64,000 nt of DNA from Guillardia theta CCMP2712 (taxonomy: Eukaryota; Protista; Cryptophyta), in NCBI RefSeq assembly GCF_000315625.1, contig NW_005434636.1:514424-578423 (forward strand), in the 5' to 3' direction. The notes beneath the pieces are model-generated. The model was not told the origin of the DNA and made no database searches. It saw only the letters and a program-made list of their open reading frames with translations. Shown here in pieces: positions 51,811 through 64,000 of the stretch. A program made the position numbers and the translations under genes. Every line of letters begins with the position of its first letter. Within the stretch, counting starts at the first letter, position 1.

Positions 51811-53279
51811 GGACTTTGTCGGTAACGCCGATTGTGAAATTGTTTCCGACAACAGTTTGATGTGAATTTTGTTTTCTTTCGCGTTGATTTTGTACAACTC
51901 TTCTTTGAGCACACTTCGATTCTCATCGGATTTTGGACCTGCTCGTGCTCCGATTTCTTCTTTTATCGCATGAAGTCATTTGATGACTATTCGAGAAGTG
52001 AAATGTAGCACACACTGTAGCCTGTAAACGATGAACAATCCTATAGACAACTATGTCCTGCGTTGCATTTTATAACGAAATTTGTCTCTACACCCATGTT
52101 TGGGTGTGTCTTTCTTTCGTTATCTTGCTCGGATAAACAATTCATCAGCCATCATGCATCACGACTCCTACTGAAATTTACGCAAACGGAACATTACAAG
52201 CGTGACCGCTTTGCATTCTAAGACCTGTTGGGTATATAGTCAATATGAGATATCTTTCAGGGTATATAGTCAATCAACAATAAGGCATCTTCCATATAGT
52301 CAAGCTAGGGTAAGATATAGTCAATATTCAGCGACATAGTCAAGATTCAGTCTTGACAGCACGACTCTTTCATCAGCAACCGGACATGTCTGATACGACC
52401 GCCTACCCCACCCCCCAACCCTTTACCCCTCCGACCGCCTACCCTACCCTAGATCGACCACTTCATCGAAGGTAAAGTACCGGTGTGGTAGTCGGTCAAA
52501 ATGGAGACATTTGGCATGGGGGGTAGATGGTCGCAGGGGTAGTTGGTTTCGGTCACATGGAGACTGGTTCGCAGCAACGTATCATGAGCTGACATGGGTG
52601 GCGGAATGAAGATTCTGGTGGGGTACTGGACAGCCTTGGAAGTAGACGAACCAGGGGGTGGGTGGTCATGAGCCAAGGTCAGCCTGCACCTGTCGTCTTT
52701 GGGATATCAAGGATTAAAAGTGTTTTAGAAGATAATTCAAAAAGCATTTTTTATTCCCCCCTTCAAGATGAAAACATTTTATCCGAACGGATCCGTTAGG
52801 CTTCACTCAACTTCCTGGGACCACGGCCGGGCTGTGCCGGCGGCTATTCCCGAGATCTGATGAGTCACTTTTAACTTTGAGCAGTAAAGGAGCGCTCCGA
52901 GGCGTGCTCCCGGCGGAAATGGTTGGCAGTAGTAAGTAAAGGTATGTATCTGTAATATAACGGTCCGTCACGGACCAAAACTGGGCATGTGCGGGCTGTA
53001 TGAGGGGCTTGCAAACCGTAGAGCCCGACGGAATCCATCAAATTCGTTTTTTTCATTTGTATATAGCTACTTATGTACATATCAAACAATAGGACCCAGG
53101 TAGTAGCAAAAGGAAATTAAAAAAAGCAAACACGTGAATAAGATGGATTCATAGTAGTACCCCTCTTTTGAACAGAATTCTGGGGTGGGGGGTATTACGT
53201 CCTTCAGCGGCACCAAGCTTTTAACTACGGAAGCATAGGTCTGTCTGGCGCAGAGGGAAGTGTCTTACGCAGTGCTGAA

Positions 53280-53989
53280 GTGGAAGTGACGGCGGAAGAG
53301 GATCGGGGGGACTCCGGGGATGAGGAGGAGGTAATGGAAGAGGTTCATGACAGTGATTCAACGGGGCCAGAGGTAGGAGGGGAACAGGCTGTTCCAGCTT
53401 TTGCTGTGGAAGGAGACGAAAACGTCTTGCAACCTGAAGCCCCATTGGATCAATCGCCGGTGCAGCCTTGGGCACGGCGAGGTTGCAAGCGTCCTCAATC
53501 CACAGCTGCTGTGTTATGTGTGCAACAGCGGAGAGAATTCGAGGAAAGACGTACACGCATTCAGCAGAACAATGTATCGGAGAAGACCAGAGAGATGTAT
53601 ATGAACTACATGATACGCTTCATAGAATGGTTGTACGCGAATGACGAGTATTATGCTCTCATAACTGATGAATTCAAAACGAACATGCGTGAAGAACGTG
53701 ACAAATTCTTGAACGGATCAGATCAGGTGACAGAGCCGGCGACGACGGACGAGAGTTTACCAACTACAACTTACATGAAGAGAGTATAATGTTACAGAAG
53801 CAAATTAATCCCATCCATTTTGAAAAATTCACGCCAGTGATGTTTCTTGACTGGGTGACCCATAAAGTTCAACAAAATCCAGAACTAACATTCCAAACAT
53901 GCTCGTCGTACAAGAGGATCTTCCCTCGCTTGACATATCACAGGAATTTACTTCTGCTTAGGAAGAGCGGGCGAGGGCGAAGGATGTAG
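53280..53989 (+). pseudogene. Possible tyrosine-recombinase (Crypton-like) N-terminal remnant
   Basis: VSEKTREMYMNYMIRFIEWL and FLDWVTHK...TFQTCSSYK resemble core-binding-domain helices; frame break at 53789; no catalytic domain seen. Confidence 0.3.
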
Positions 53990-54413
53990 AGATGTTTTGG
54001 TGTAGTTACTAGTGTAATACATTTATGTGCAATACAGAAGAGCATAGTACCTGTCGGAGATGTCTACAAACATGCAAGTGCAATACCAGATAACTGGGGA
54101 TGGGGGTGAAGGAGTATGCGCAGGTTTGACAGGATCAGGTACAGACACATTGGGAAGTTGGATGCTATCCTGCATGCAACAACGATTACACCTTGTCACT
54201 TCTATAATGTTCATGGGGATGGGATCATGGGACAAGTGCGGGGTAAGGGGAGCTTGAAGATGCTTTTGTGATTAGGGTGTGGATGATCGTGCAGTGTACA
54301 AAGGAAACAAGCGTGATATGGTTGCTCAAGGGACTTGCATATTGGAGACAGTTGGGGATGGACGACATCATGATAATGACAACTTGGGAATCTCAACAAG
54401 ACAAGTATGATTC

Positions 54414-54578
54414 TTCAGACCATGTTCTTCTCTAACATGAAGGTTTTCTATCCTTATCATGATTGAAAGATGTGTAGAAGTAATGCGCAACTATTTTTCA
54501 GACCATGTTCTTCTCTAACATGAAAGGTTTTCTATCCTTATCATGATTGAAAGATGTGTAAAAGTAATGCACAACTAT
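54414..54578. repeat. Tandem duplication of about 83 nt
   Basis: ttcagaccatgttcttctctaacatg...caactat occurs twice with few differences. Confidence 0.9.
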
Positions 54579-54867
54579 GCCTAGAATGATCCTAAGACGT
54601 GATCGGATGTAGAACACCATCATCCTTGCTCTAGGGCGGCGTCGATGCTCTTCATTGTGCTTCCTGCATTGTCAACGTTACTTAACTAAGAAAGTTTACT
54701 CAACTTTAAGTAAAAGAAAGGGCTCCATATAGAATCCGTGCTATTCTTTCTATACATATGTATCCGATTTTCGGGTTTAGGTCATAAAACAAACCTTTTT
54801 TTTAGGGGCGGAAAAGAAAATGGGCAATCTGATGGACAACCGAGCCTGATGAGAAGAGGAGGAAGGT

Positions 54868-56600
54868 ATGCTTGAAATCAGGATGAGAGGGGTACTTGAG
54901 ACACAAAAGATGCATGTCTGGTTGATTCTTTTCATGATGAGCATAACGATGAGTTTAACGGGTGGCGTATCAGACATACTGAGTGATATTGCGAGCATAC
55001 AAATCTCACGACCAAAGCAAGGCGAGCTCATAGAAGAAGGAAGCTTGATGGTTGAGTGGAAGCTGAAAGGGCTGCAGGAAGATACAGACCAGGGCCTACA
55101 GGTGGTGATCATGGTCAACGGCTTGGTTGTGCACGTTTCACGGCCGGAAGATGGCCGCGTGTCAATGCAGGATGTTCGAGCTGGAATTTTCCTTCACGTG
55201 CATGCCTTCCTAGCAAAGTATGAAGAAGAGGAGGGAATAACTAACGTTTCTTCGTCATCGAGTATAGAATGCAAGATAGTCTCGAAAGAAGCCATGGAAC
55301 GGCTGAGCAATGCACAAGCACACGGCCAAAGAGGAAACGTAGGACCTTCCATGTACACTCCATACATTCCAGCGAACAAAAGCGGAGAGCAGCCGGGAAG
55401 AGAACCAGTGATCATCTTTACTTTTCATTGCAACAGACCAGACCTTGTGCTCTTGCAGCATACAGCGCTGAGCCACTTCATGCTGGATGAATTCAAGCTG
55501 ATCGTGATCAATGACGCTCAAGCACATGATACTAGAAAAGAGATCGAACGTGCCAGCCTTTCAGTAGGAGCAGATCATTTCATCACACCGGATTATTTCG
55601 ATCACAGCGATCCTTCTTATATTGTCGGCAAAGTTGTAACGTGGGCAGTTCAAGAGATTGCACTCATCAAGTACAACGACTCTGTAATGTGAGTTAGTTT
55701 CTTTCAGTCATTGCAATGCTCAGAGGGATTGAGTGCTTTTCATGCAGTTTCCTTCTAGAAGGCGATATGTTTCCTATTGCCAAGTTTTCTCCATTACACT
55801 TTATCAAAGGTTACAATCTAGCTGGAACACACCAAGGCCGACGACATCACAAAACTGGTTTTCTGTTGAGGTTAGCTGAATTGCCGTGCTTGTTCATTGA
55901 ACTCTAAAGAGTTCTCCTCACACACTTCTGAATTCCTAGGTACCTCTGGGTCGGGTTGCTATTTCTTGATCTTCGGGATCTACCGAACAAAAACTTGTTG
56001 AATATGATCCCGGCTGTTGTTGGAGACGTTGGTGGAGATACTGCCTCGTCATTGCATCTTTTTCTTGATGCTTCGCCTAACGTGAGATTTCACACCAATC
56101 AAATTCTTGACTGTGTAATGTCATACTTGAAGTCTTGCCTTGTAAACACCATGAACCGAATGAAAAGCACAATGTCCTTCTTGTCATGTCTGACTTGCTT
56201 TCATCCAACAGAAGATTGCTTCTTGTCGTGTCTGACTTGCTTTTATCCAACCGAAGATTGCGATTTACAAATTTGTAGGTTAAAGTACGAAGAGCATTGC
56301 ACACTTCGCACATCCATGAAGACTTTAACAACAAGTATATACTTCCAAAACAAGCTCTGGACAAGTATCAAGATTCCTTCAGAATTGAGGTAACCCAAGC
56401 TTGTTTCATGCTCGCCCAGCTCATTTCATTCACTTATAGATTTATGAGAGATCCTTTCTCCACTACGGATCAGCAAGGTGACAAGCTGCTGCATCTGCCT
56501 TTCACATCCTCGATTCCGAGGTTTCTGCTGCTGTGCTGACTCCTTTCGAACTGGTTCAATCAGCAATTGGAAGATTGGGCGTTCCTTCGAATACTTTAAC
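54868..56600 (+). CDS. Secreted or type-II membrane glycosyltransferase-like protein, multi-exon
   Basis: Hydrophobic N-terminus, Ig-like segment, then IFTFHCNRPDLVLLQ...LIVINDA...LEGDMFPI...YLWVGLLFLD...GDVGG (GT-A-like with an ExD motif); end approximate. Confidence 0.55.
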
Positions 56601-57009
56601 TCAGGTTTCATGATCGCTCGGATATGATTTTTGATCAAGCAAGAGTAATCTTCAGTGCAGCCGAAGATTTTCTGCCATCCAAAACCAAATTTGTGTTCTG
56701 GTTTGTTCAAAGTGCTGTAAACGGGAGCTTGAAGGTTAGTTGGAGTGTGGAGTAATTATTTGTTATTTCGAGATACTCTGTGATTATGTGCAATGATTTC
56801 TTCATTGCCAGCTTGACGACTTCGATTTCGTCTATGAGCATGGCACGTGGGAAAATGCAATCGGACCCATCTCGGAAGCCTTGCCGCAAGAACAAGACAG
56901 ATCTGAGCTTTGAGAGGCCAACCGCCCCAGCTCAGCGGCTGAGGAGACTCGCCGCTCGAATGAAGCTAAATTACACTGAGTCATTTGCAAGTTTAGACGG
57001 AGGCTCGTC

Positions 57010-57535
57010 ACACTCGCCGCCGGACTCCGGAGCCTCGGAGGCGCCGACCCGCCAGTCCGACCGTCGGACCCGAGGCGCCCCGGCACTGAGTCACTCAGGC
57101 TCCGAGGCTCGGACTCTCAGTCGTGAGGCCGGCGGGGACTCCGGGAGCGGGGACTCGGTCGGAGGGGGGTGGTGGGGGGGGCCAACTTGTGATGATCCGC
57201 TCATGGCATCAGCTCCGACAGTGCACGCCGATCGGACTCGATAGAATTTGGACGACGGTAGTACCGCCGGGATCGAGTCCCCCGGGCCGGGCCGGGCCCG
57301 GGTGGCAACGGCGTGCAGCGGCCCATCATGATGCGGCCCGCGGCCGGGCGGCTGATTGCGACCCGGCGAGTTTCCCGGCCGGGCCGGGGCCCGCCCCCGC
57401 GCTGGACCCGGGCCGTCCGAGTCGCCCGGCCCGGGAGCCTCCGGGAGCCTCCGGGCCCGATCATCGGATAGTGCGGTCCCGAGTCCGACGGCCCTCAGTC
57501 CTGGAGTGCCGCCGCCGACCGTCCGATCTTTACTC
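57010..57535. repeat. GC-rich intergenic region with dense CCGG/CCCGGG/GACTC palindromic motifs
   Basis: Very high GC; similar shorter patches at 43137-43240, 50205-50260 and 52825-52845. Confidence 0.6.
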
Positions 57536-58285
57536 AAAGTTAAGTTAAGTCAGTACGAGGATAATGAGTAAAGTAATTCAGTCGGTGGTGACGGTCGGCT
57601 TGGCAAAATTCTATTTCCGGCATAATATTTTGCATTCCCTTTACCACCCCCACCCTCAGTGTATCCCTAATTTCTTGTTGGTCAAGGTGTATCATCTACC
57701 CCTCTGTTAGATCCCCACCCTAGTCCAGTTATCACCCTACCCACCCATGCTAGCCTTACAGTACCTCTACTACCCTCCTTAAAAAATCTTTCCCTGCAGG
57801 GGTAAGTACCCACCCTTCTGCCTGACCTTCAGGTGGCATCACAAAACTTTTTTTCCTGTGTGGATCCGCAATGGCGGGTGTGTGAGAGTGGAACGGTAGA
57901 GCCGCGAGTCGATGGCTTGTCCTGTAGCGCTTATGCTCTTCCTGCACCCTCTCACAATCGTCCAGCCCCTATTTCCTCTGATGCATCACTCCCCTCTCAC
58001 TCCACATCTCTCATCACTGACTGTTCACACCCCTCACGTGCTTGATGCTTTTCCACGTCAGCATTGAGGTTGAGTGGCAGACAAGCGCACCATAATGCAC
58101 AAGGAGAACTGTGTCTTTATACCAAAGACGACATGCAAGCAGATCAATGAAATTAAGACTAACTTAAGGTCTATTTGACCCCTTGTAGGAAATGCTAGAT
58201 GCTTTCTTCTGTGTGCTTCTTGTTCTTTCTAATTTCAAGTACAGGTTGGATTGAACGGACAGGTTGAAAATACAGGCCAGGAAAA

Positions 58286-61200
58286 ATGGCTGATGTTGAT
58301 GTTGATGTTGGTGAGGGCAATGAGCCCACGCTTGATGTCGATCTCCTGTCCGACGATGAGGATGAGGAGGAGGAGGAGGAGCATGAGATCACCGAGGTTG
58401 ATGACGACACTCCCGAATACGATGAGAACCTCCCCCCTGAAGATCAGCTGATGGATTTCAGCTATGCTGCCATCAAGATTATCCGTTGTGACTTCCTCGG
58501 AGAGTTCGGAGCGGCTGAGAAATGCTTGATTGATGGAGATGCGCTGGTGGCCAAAGCTCTTTCAGAGTCGCATCTTGATTGGTCTGCTGGAGGTCAGAGT
58601 CTTCCCATCGTGCACACCTTTGAGAAGATTCTACATGACCTGAGCATCCGAGGAGCAAACTTCTCTTTGTTCTTCTTCAAGTCAAACTCGTGCTTGTGGA
58701 AACGCCTGGCCCCTTCCGCCCACGCGATGCGCGAGATAATTATCCAGCACCTCCTTGTAGTTAACAAGCTGCAGCAGATACAGTCGAAACCGCCTGCTGT
58801 TGAATTGTTCATGCTAGAAGGCGCATGGTGGGGTGATAAGCAGGACTGGAACGACATGATCGACCACGCCAGCCCCGCATACATTATGACTGACTTTGGC
58901 TGGAAAGGGATCCAAGATCGTGTAGTGCTTGCCATCACCAGAGGCTTTGTCCACTTCGTCCACGGGTCTCATCACCAAGTCGTCACACTCGCTGACTTCG
59001 AAGTGGAGGGATCTCGTACTATGAGCAACAACATGCAGCCTCCAAGACTTCCATACTCCCGCGAGAAGATCTCAAAAGCGCTTACTAAGCTTATTGCGAA
59101 GGAGAGCGAAGCGTTGAAAGCAGTCTCAACATCCGATCAGGTATGTTTGAATTCACTAGCATGTTCTCTGGTGAATCTTATGCTGTTGTTAGGATATCGG
59201 TGCGATCGAAATCGTAGAACAAAGTCTTCGAGACACTCTTGCCATCGCTGCTCTCAAGGCAGCTGCAAAGAAGGAGGTGGGAGGCGACCAGACGAAAGAC
59301 ATGATTGTCACTTTCTGCTTGACTCTAGCCATGTGCAAATATTCCTCTCTTAAGGAGCGTTCTCTTTCGTTTTCTTCTGATATGATTGAGAAATGGCGCA
59401 GTGAGAGTGACGGCTGGGGAACAACAGCAAACTCTTTCCTTGAAGCGATGTTCAGAACGATTGCTTGTTGCCTGGAAGATCCACAGACCGCTGGCAAAAC
59501 AGGAAAACTTCTTGCAGCAGTTTCGAAGGAAAGTGACAATCGCTTGGCGGACATCGTTGACGGGCGTATGTTTCATGCGCTCCTTGCGCGCACAATGGCT
59601 GAAGGCAATTTGAAGTTGAATGCTAACGTGTCATCGTACGCTCAGAAGCTGATTGACTTGATCTATCCTGGAGGTCAGATTCAGTGCGGAAAGATGGTCA
59701 GCTCTGTTTCAGGGCAGGCTGCCAATGCAAGCAAAGAGTTCATTTTGGCGATGGTCGCAGCTGTTTCAGCTCGTAGCCAATCGTGTTCAAACACTCTCTT
59801 GCCGTTAGATGGAAAGCATCTTGTCAACATCGTGCAAGGAGATCTTGCATCTGTTATGTCGGATCTAGAGAACAAGAACTTTGACCACAGCAAACACGTG
59901 CTGGGCAAGTTCCGTGATCGTCGATACAAGGACGTGGAGCCATTAGGGGATGAACCAGATCCCTACACCTACAGGACTTCTGAGGAAGAAATTGTGATTA
60001 AGAAAGTGAACAAATGGAACAACGCTGCTCGACAAGCTCAGCTCAGCGCTCGCTTCTCATCAGGATACATAGATTCTTTGTTGCTTGGTACTCCGTTGAA
60101 GCGGCAAGTGATCGCGCAGCCACTGACTAGTGAGGAGTTTGAACGCCGTAAAACTACTGCGAAAGAGAGGCTGGTGAAAGATGCTGAGATGGAAAGACGA
60201 ATGGCAAAGACAGGAAAGGATCCCTCCGAGAAAGCTGACAGTGCCAAACCTGGAAAGGAGAAGAAAGAGAAGAAGGGCGGCAAGGGCCAGCAGTCGTCTG
60301 GCAAGGCTGAGGCGATCAAGGCTGAGGCTGAGAAGAAGAGGCTGGAGAAAGTGGAAGCCAACAAGCGGGCTAACTTGGACCACGTGATCAAGCATGCGCC
60401 TAAAGACCTCAAAACAGACAATGAGGCGCTTCTGAAGCATCTTGAGGAACTCAGAGTTTGCGCTCAGCAGTGTATCAATGACAGCGCCCCGTCGATAGCG
60501 ATTGAGGCCGAAATGACAGCTCTTGGGCATGTGCTTGAGGCCATCAAACGCGACAAGAAGGAAGACCTGCTCGTCAAGCGGCACATCAAAAACGCTTTCG
60601 TCATATTGCAGCGCATCTTGGTCACTTGCAGATCAAACGTTACCGGCGAGAAAGCCGACGATCTTGTCGAAGCAGCAATCTCCCTAGGATTTGATGATCT
60701 TGCCAAGGCTATTGAGGACATTGGCAAGGGAGATGGGGAAGGCGGAGGTGATGGGAAAGAGAAGAAAGACAAGAAAGATAAGAAGGTAAGTCCCTCGTAT
60801 TGTTGATGCTTTGATGGTGTTTTGCCTGTGATGTGTTTCCTTGCGTGACTGACGTATTGCCAAGGATAAGAAGGACAAGAAAAAAGACAAGGACGATGAC
60901 GACAAGAAGTCGAGCAAGCTTCCGAAGAAGCTCGTCCAGCTGCCTGAGCAGTCTGCGATCCGATATCAGGTTGCCGTTGCTCCTGAGCACTTGAGAAGGC
61001 CAGCTGGAGTAGAAGGAGACGAACGCGTGCCTTTCAAGCCTGACGACTGGCAGCGAAAGCTGTTAGACATCATTGACTCGGGCAACTCAGCCCTCGTGGT
61101 GGCCCCGACAGCATCTGGCAAGACTTTCATTGCCTACTATGTGATGGAGATGTGCCTTCGAGCAAACGATACGGATGTTGTAGTCTATGTCGCTCCGACA

Positions 61201-64000
61201 TCAGCGCTGGTCGATCAGGTTTATCATGAGATTCAAGCTCGCTTCACCAAGCGCTATAACGGCGACATGCATCTTACGGGAATATTCAACACTTCTTATC
61301 GGAAGGAGCATCTCAAGTGTCAGGTGAACCTCTTGCCTGCTTTCTTCTTTCCATCTCACCAATTGTTCCCTTCTTCGCTTTCTTTCCGCATGCTCACGTT
61401 GGTTTCATCATTTGTTGTCCCTTCTTTGCACCCCCTTCCATGTCCTCTTATGAGTTTTCTCATTTTCGCCCAAAGATTCTGGTCGCTGAGCCGGAGTGCT
61501 TGGAAATTATGCTGCTGGATCCTGCCAACTCTGAGTGGGCCAAGGGGATACGCCACATCATCTTCGATGAAGTTCACTCGGTCGGAATGGTGGGGGGAGA
61601 GATTTGGGAGCGTATGCTCCTTTACACCTCCGCCCCCTTCATCGGCCTCTCCGCTACCCTTGGAGACATCGGGCGGTTTCGAGACTGGCTGTCGGATGTG
61701 GAGAAGAAGCGAGGGCGGGAGCTACACTTCGTACATCACAACGAGAGGTACAACGACCTGGCCCCCTTCATCTGGACCAACAGGTATGTCTTGCTGCTTC
61801 GATCGCAACTAAATCTCTGCTGCACAGAGAGAAGCTTGAGGACCAGATCGTCATGCTGCATCCTCTATGGGCGATCAACCGGCTGCTGACTGAGAGCAAG
61901 AGGTTTGAGTTCCCGTCAGACATGAAGCTGCTTCCCGAGCACTGTGCTCAGTTGTATGATGCCATGGCAAAAGCGGATGACAGTAAGGAGCTCAAGGACC
62001 TGTCGCCACAAAAGTACTTCCAGAAGCTATCTGATCCCTGCTTCAATATCAGCATGAGGGACGCAAGGGGCTGGGAGCTTGAGCTCAAGAAGTACTTCTG
62101 CTCCATGACCTACACCACGCAGAAGAAAGTATTGCAGGATATCATTCAAGCTACAGAAAACGCATGCAGCCACATCGAGACTCAGCTAACGAACAAGTCG
62201 GAGAGCAACTACCTCACTGAGTCCATCCTGCCCATGGCGAGATCTCTCCAGAAGGCTGACATGCTTCCTTGCATCGTCTTCCACATGATCCGTGACAACT
62301 GCGTGAGATTTGCCACGGCCCTAGAGAGCCAGCTGCGCAAGGAAGAGGAGCAAGCGCACCTGGCAGATGGACATGCCGAGAAGGTGGCGAAGCAAGAGAA
62401 GAAGGTTGAGTCGTTGATGAAGCAGCTGGAGAAGGAAGGGTGGAGCAAGGACAAGGACTCGAGCGAGGAGATGACTGATGAGCAGAAAGAGCTCATGCAG
62501 GACCTCGGGCTTGCCGAAGCGAAGCTGGCGAAGCTCAAGGCTGTGGATCCTCGCTTTGCTCTGATTCCTCCTGGTCAGGTTCAGGTGACGCCGGATGAAG
62601 TGGACGAGATGGTCGCCACCGGGTTCCGTAGGAAGTACTTCAACCCTAAGGATCCACTGCATCTCGCGCTGCTGCGAGGCATCGGAGTGCATCATGCCGG
62701 ACTTTCGAAGAAGTACAGGAGGGCAGTCGAGAGACTCTTCCGCATGAAGCGCCTGGCCATTGTCGTATCGACCGAGACGCTCGCCATGGGTATCAACATG
62801 CCAACCAAGACTTCGGTCTTCGCCGGCGACTCCCTGTTTCTCAATGCCATGACCTTCCGTCAAATGGCTGGTCGTTCGGGTCGTCGTGGCTTCGATCTCC
62901 GAGGTAACGTGGTGTTCATGGGCTTGAGACGCGAGAAGATCCAGCGGCTGCTGAACTCGGAGCTGCCGTGCCTCTCGGGCAACATGCTCTTGACCGCTAC
63001 CTACGTGCTGCGCATGCTCGTCAAACACGCCAGCATCCGCACGATTCAGGAGGCTGAGATCATCGCGCAGCGGAAGAAGGGTGAGGGCTTCATCGACCAG
63101 GTGGAGGATCAGGTCAAAGTGCTGCTGGACGAGTGGAGATCCACCAAGAGTATCACTGTCTCCGAGGAGGAGCAGAACAGACTCGCCAAGATGAGCGACA
63201 AGGAAAGGGCGGCCTACATAGAGCAGCAGAAGAATTCAGCTTTGACTCACATCAACTCACGCGATCTTGTACGTGCGCTCCTCGAAACGCCGGAGTCGAA
63301 GCTCGATGGGATTTTGCAGTCACTCGTCGACGACAGATCGCCGAAGCAGAAGCAGCTCAAGGAGTCAGCCCTCGAGACCCTCCGCTTTGCGTCCGCAGCT
63401 GCGAAGAAGCTGCAGGAGCTCATGGTAGCGGCAGAAAAGTCGCAGGCAGCTGACGTTGAAAGGGCTCGAGTGGATGCCGTGAGGAACCACAACGCTGAGG
63501 CCGTCGCGCGCATGGTCAACATGCCTCTCTTCTCCCCCAACGGCGCTCTCATGGCCAAGCAATACGCCTTCGCCTTCAGGTTTGCCGCTGAGTACCTCCA
63601 GCTTGAAGGCTTGCTGGACAGTTCTGCCTCGCCGCGTGACGTGGCGTGCATCATGGCGGGTAAGCAACTGAGAGCGGGGGAAGAGGGAGGGGTAAAGGAA
63701 GAAACGCTAACGTGGGGGAGAAAAACAGCGCGAATGACTTGACGGACAGGTCTCTTCAACGCTGAGCCCGCCAACTTTGCTGTGGTGAACTTCCTCCGCT
63801 CTCGACTGGTTGAGGAGATCTGCAAGAGATACATCGAAAACTCGGATGGATCCCAAGAGCCTCTGCCCGACAAGACTGAGCAGTCAGTGCTCGAACAGCT
63901 CGTCGCTGTCTTCTGCCACCTTTTCTCTGTGGTCAAGATTCCTCAATGGCATGTCGACTACCTCACGCAGAACCCTGCAAAGAAGGGGCCATGCCAGGTA
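58286..64000 (+). CDS. DDX60: DDX60-like Ski2-family DExH RNA helicase (runs past the window end)
   Basis: CLIDGDAL N-terminal domain, DIVDGRMF, FKPDDWQRKLLD, APTASGKT, IFDEVH, GLSAT, GIGVHHAG, TLAMGINMP, VFAGDSLFL and QMAGRSGRRGFDLRGNV. Confidence 0.88.

Noticed and set aside
52231-52343. Repeat-spacer pattern as a mini-CRISPR
   Set aside because: The repeat is only 8-13 nt with short, uneven spacers.
56780-57571. Pro/Gly/Arg-rich ORFs
   Set aside because: Products of GC-rich repeat DNA with no domain signal.

Overview
Gene-dense eukaryotic nuclear DNA with many short (about 40-70 nt) GT-AG introns. Intron style, an RWP-RK gene, a plastid-targeted DUF1995 gene and GC-rich palindromic intergenic repeats suggest a cryptophyte alga such as Guillardia theta (inference). 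Recognisable host genes: OGFr-domain protein, MORN-repeat protein, CDPF1 (not visible as one ORF), SWR1/SRCAP, DUF1995, PKD2, DRC1, kinesin, ILR1-like M20 hydrolase, RWP-RK factor, a glycosyltransferase-like protein and a DDX60-like helicase. Two loci stand out. (1) A 12.8-kb multi-exon gene (27466-14704, minus) encodes a roughly 3,900-aa, probably secreted fibre protein with about 13 phage-tail-fibre-like (L/F)PDxSGT(I/V)(I/L)TTGN repeats. Lectin and adhesion modules sit between the repeats, and the protein ends in a peptidase-S74-type self-cleaving chaperone plus coiled coil. (2) A U-box/Tyr-kinase-like/ubiquitin/2OG-Fe(II) oxygenase gene is split inside its U-box by a 3.56-kb intronless, virus-like insertion that has its own repeated promoter-like motif and creates a chimeric ORF. 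All family calls come from motif recognition by eye; no database searches were run.
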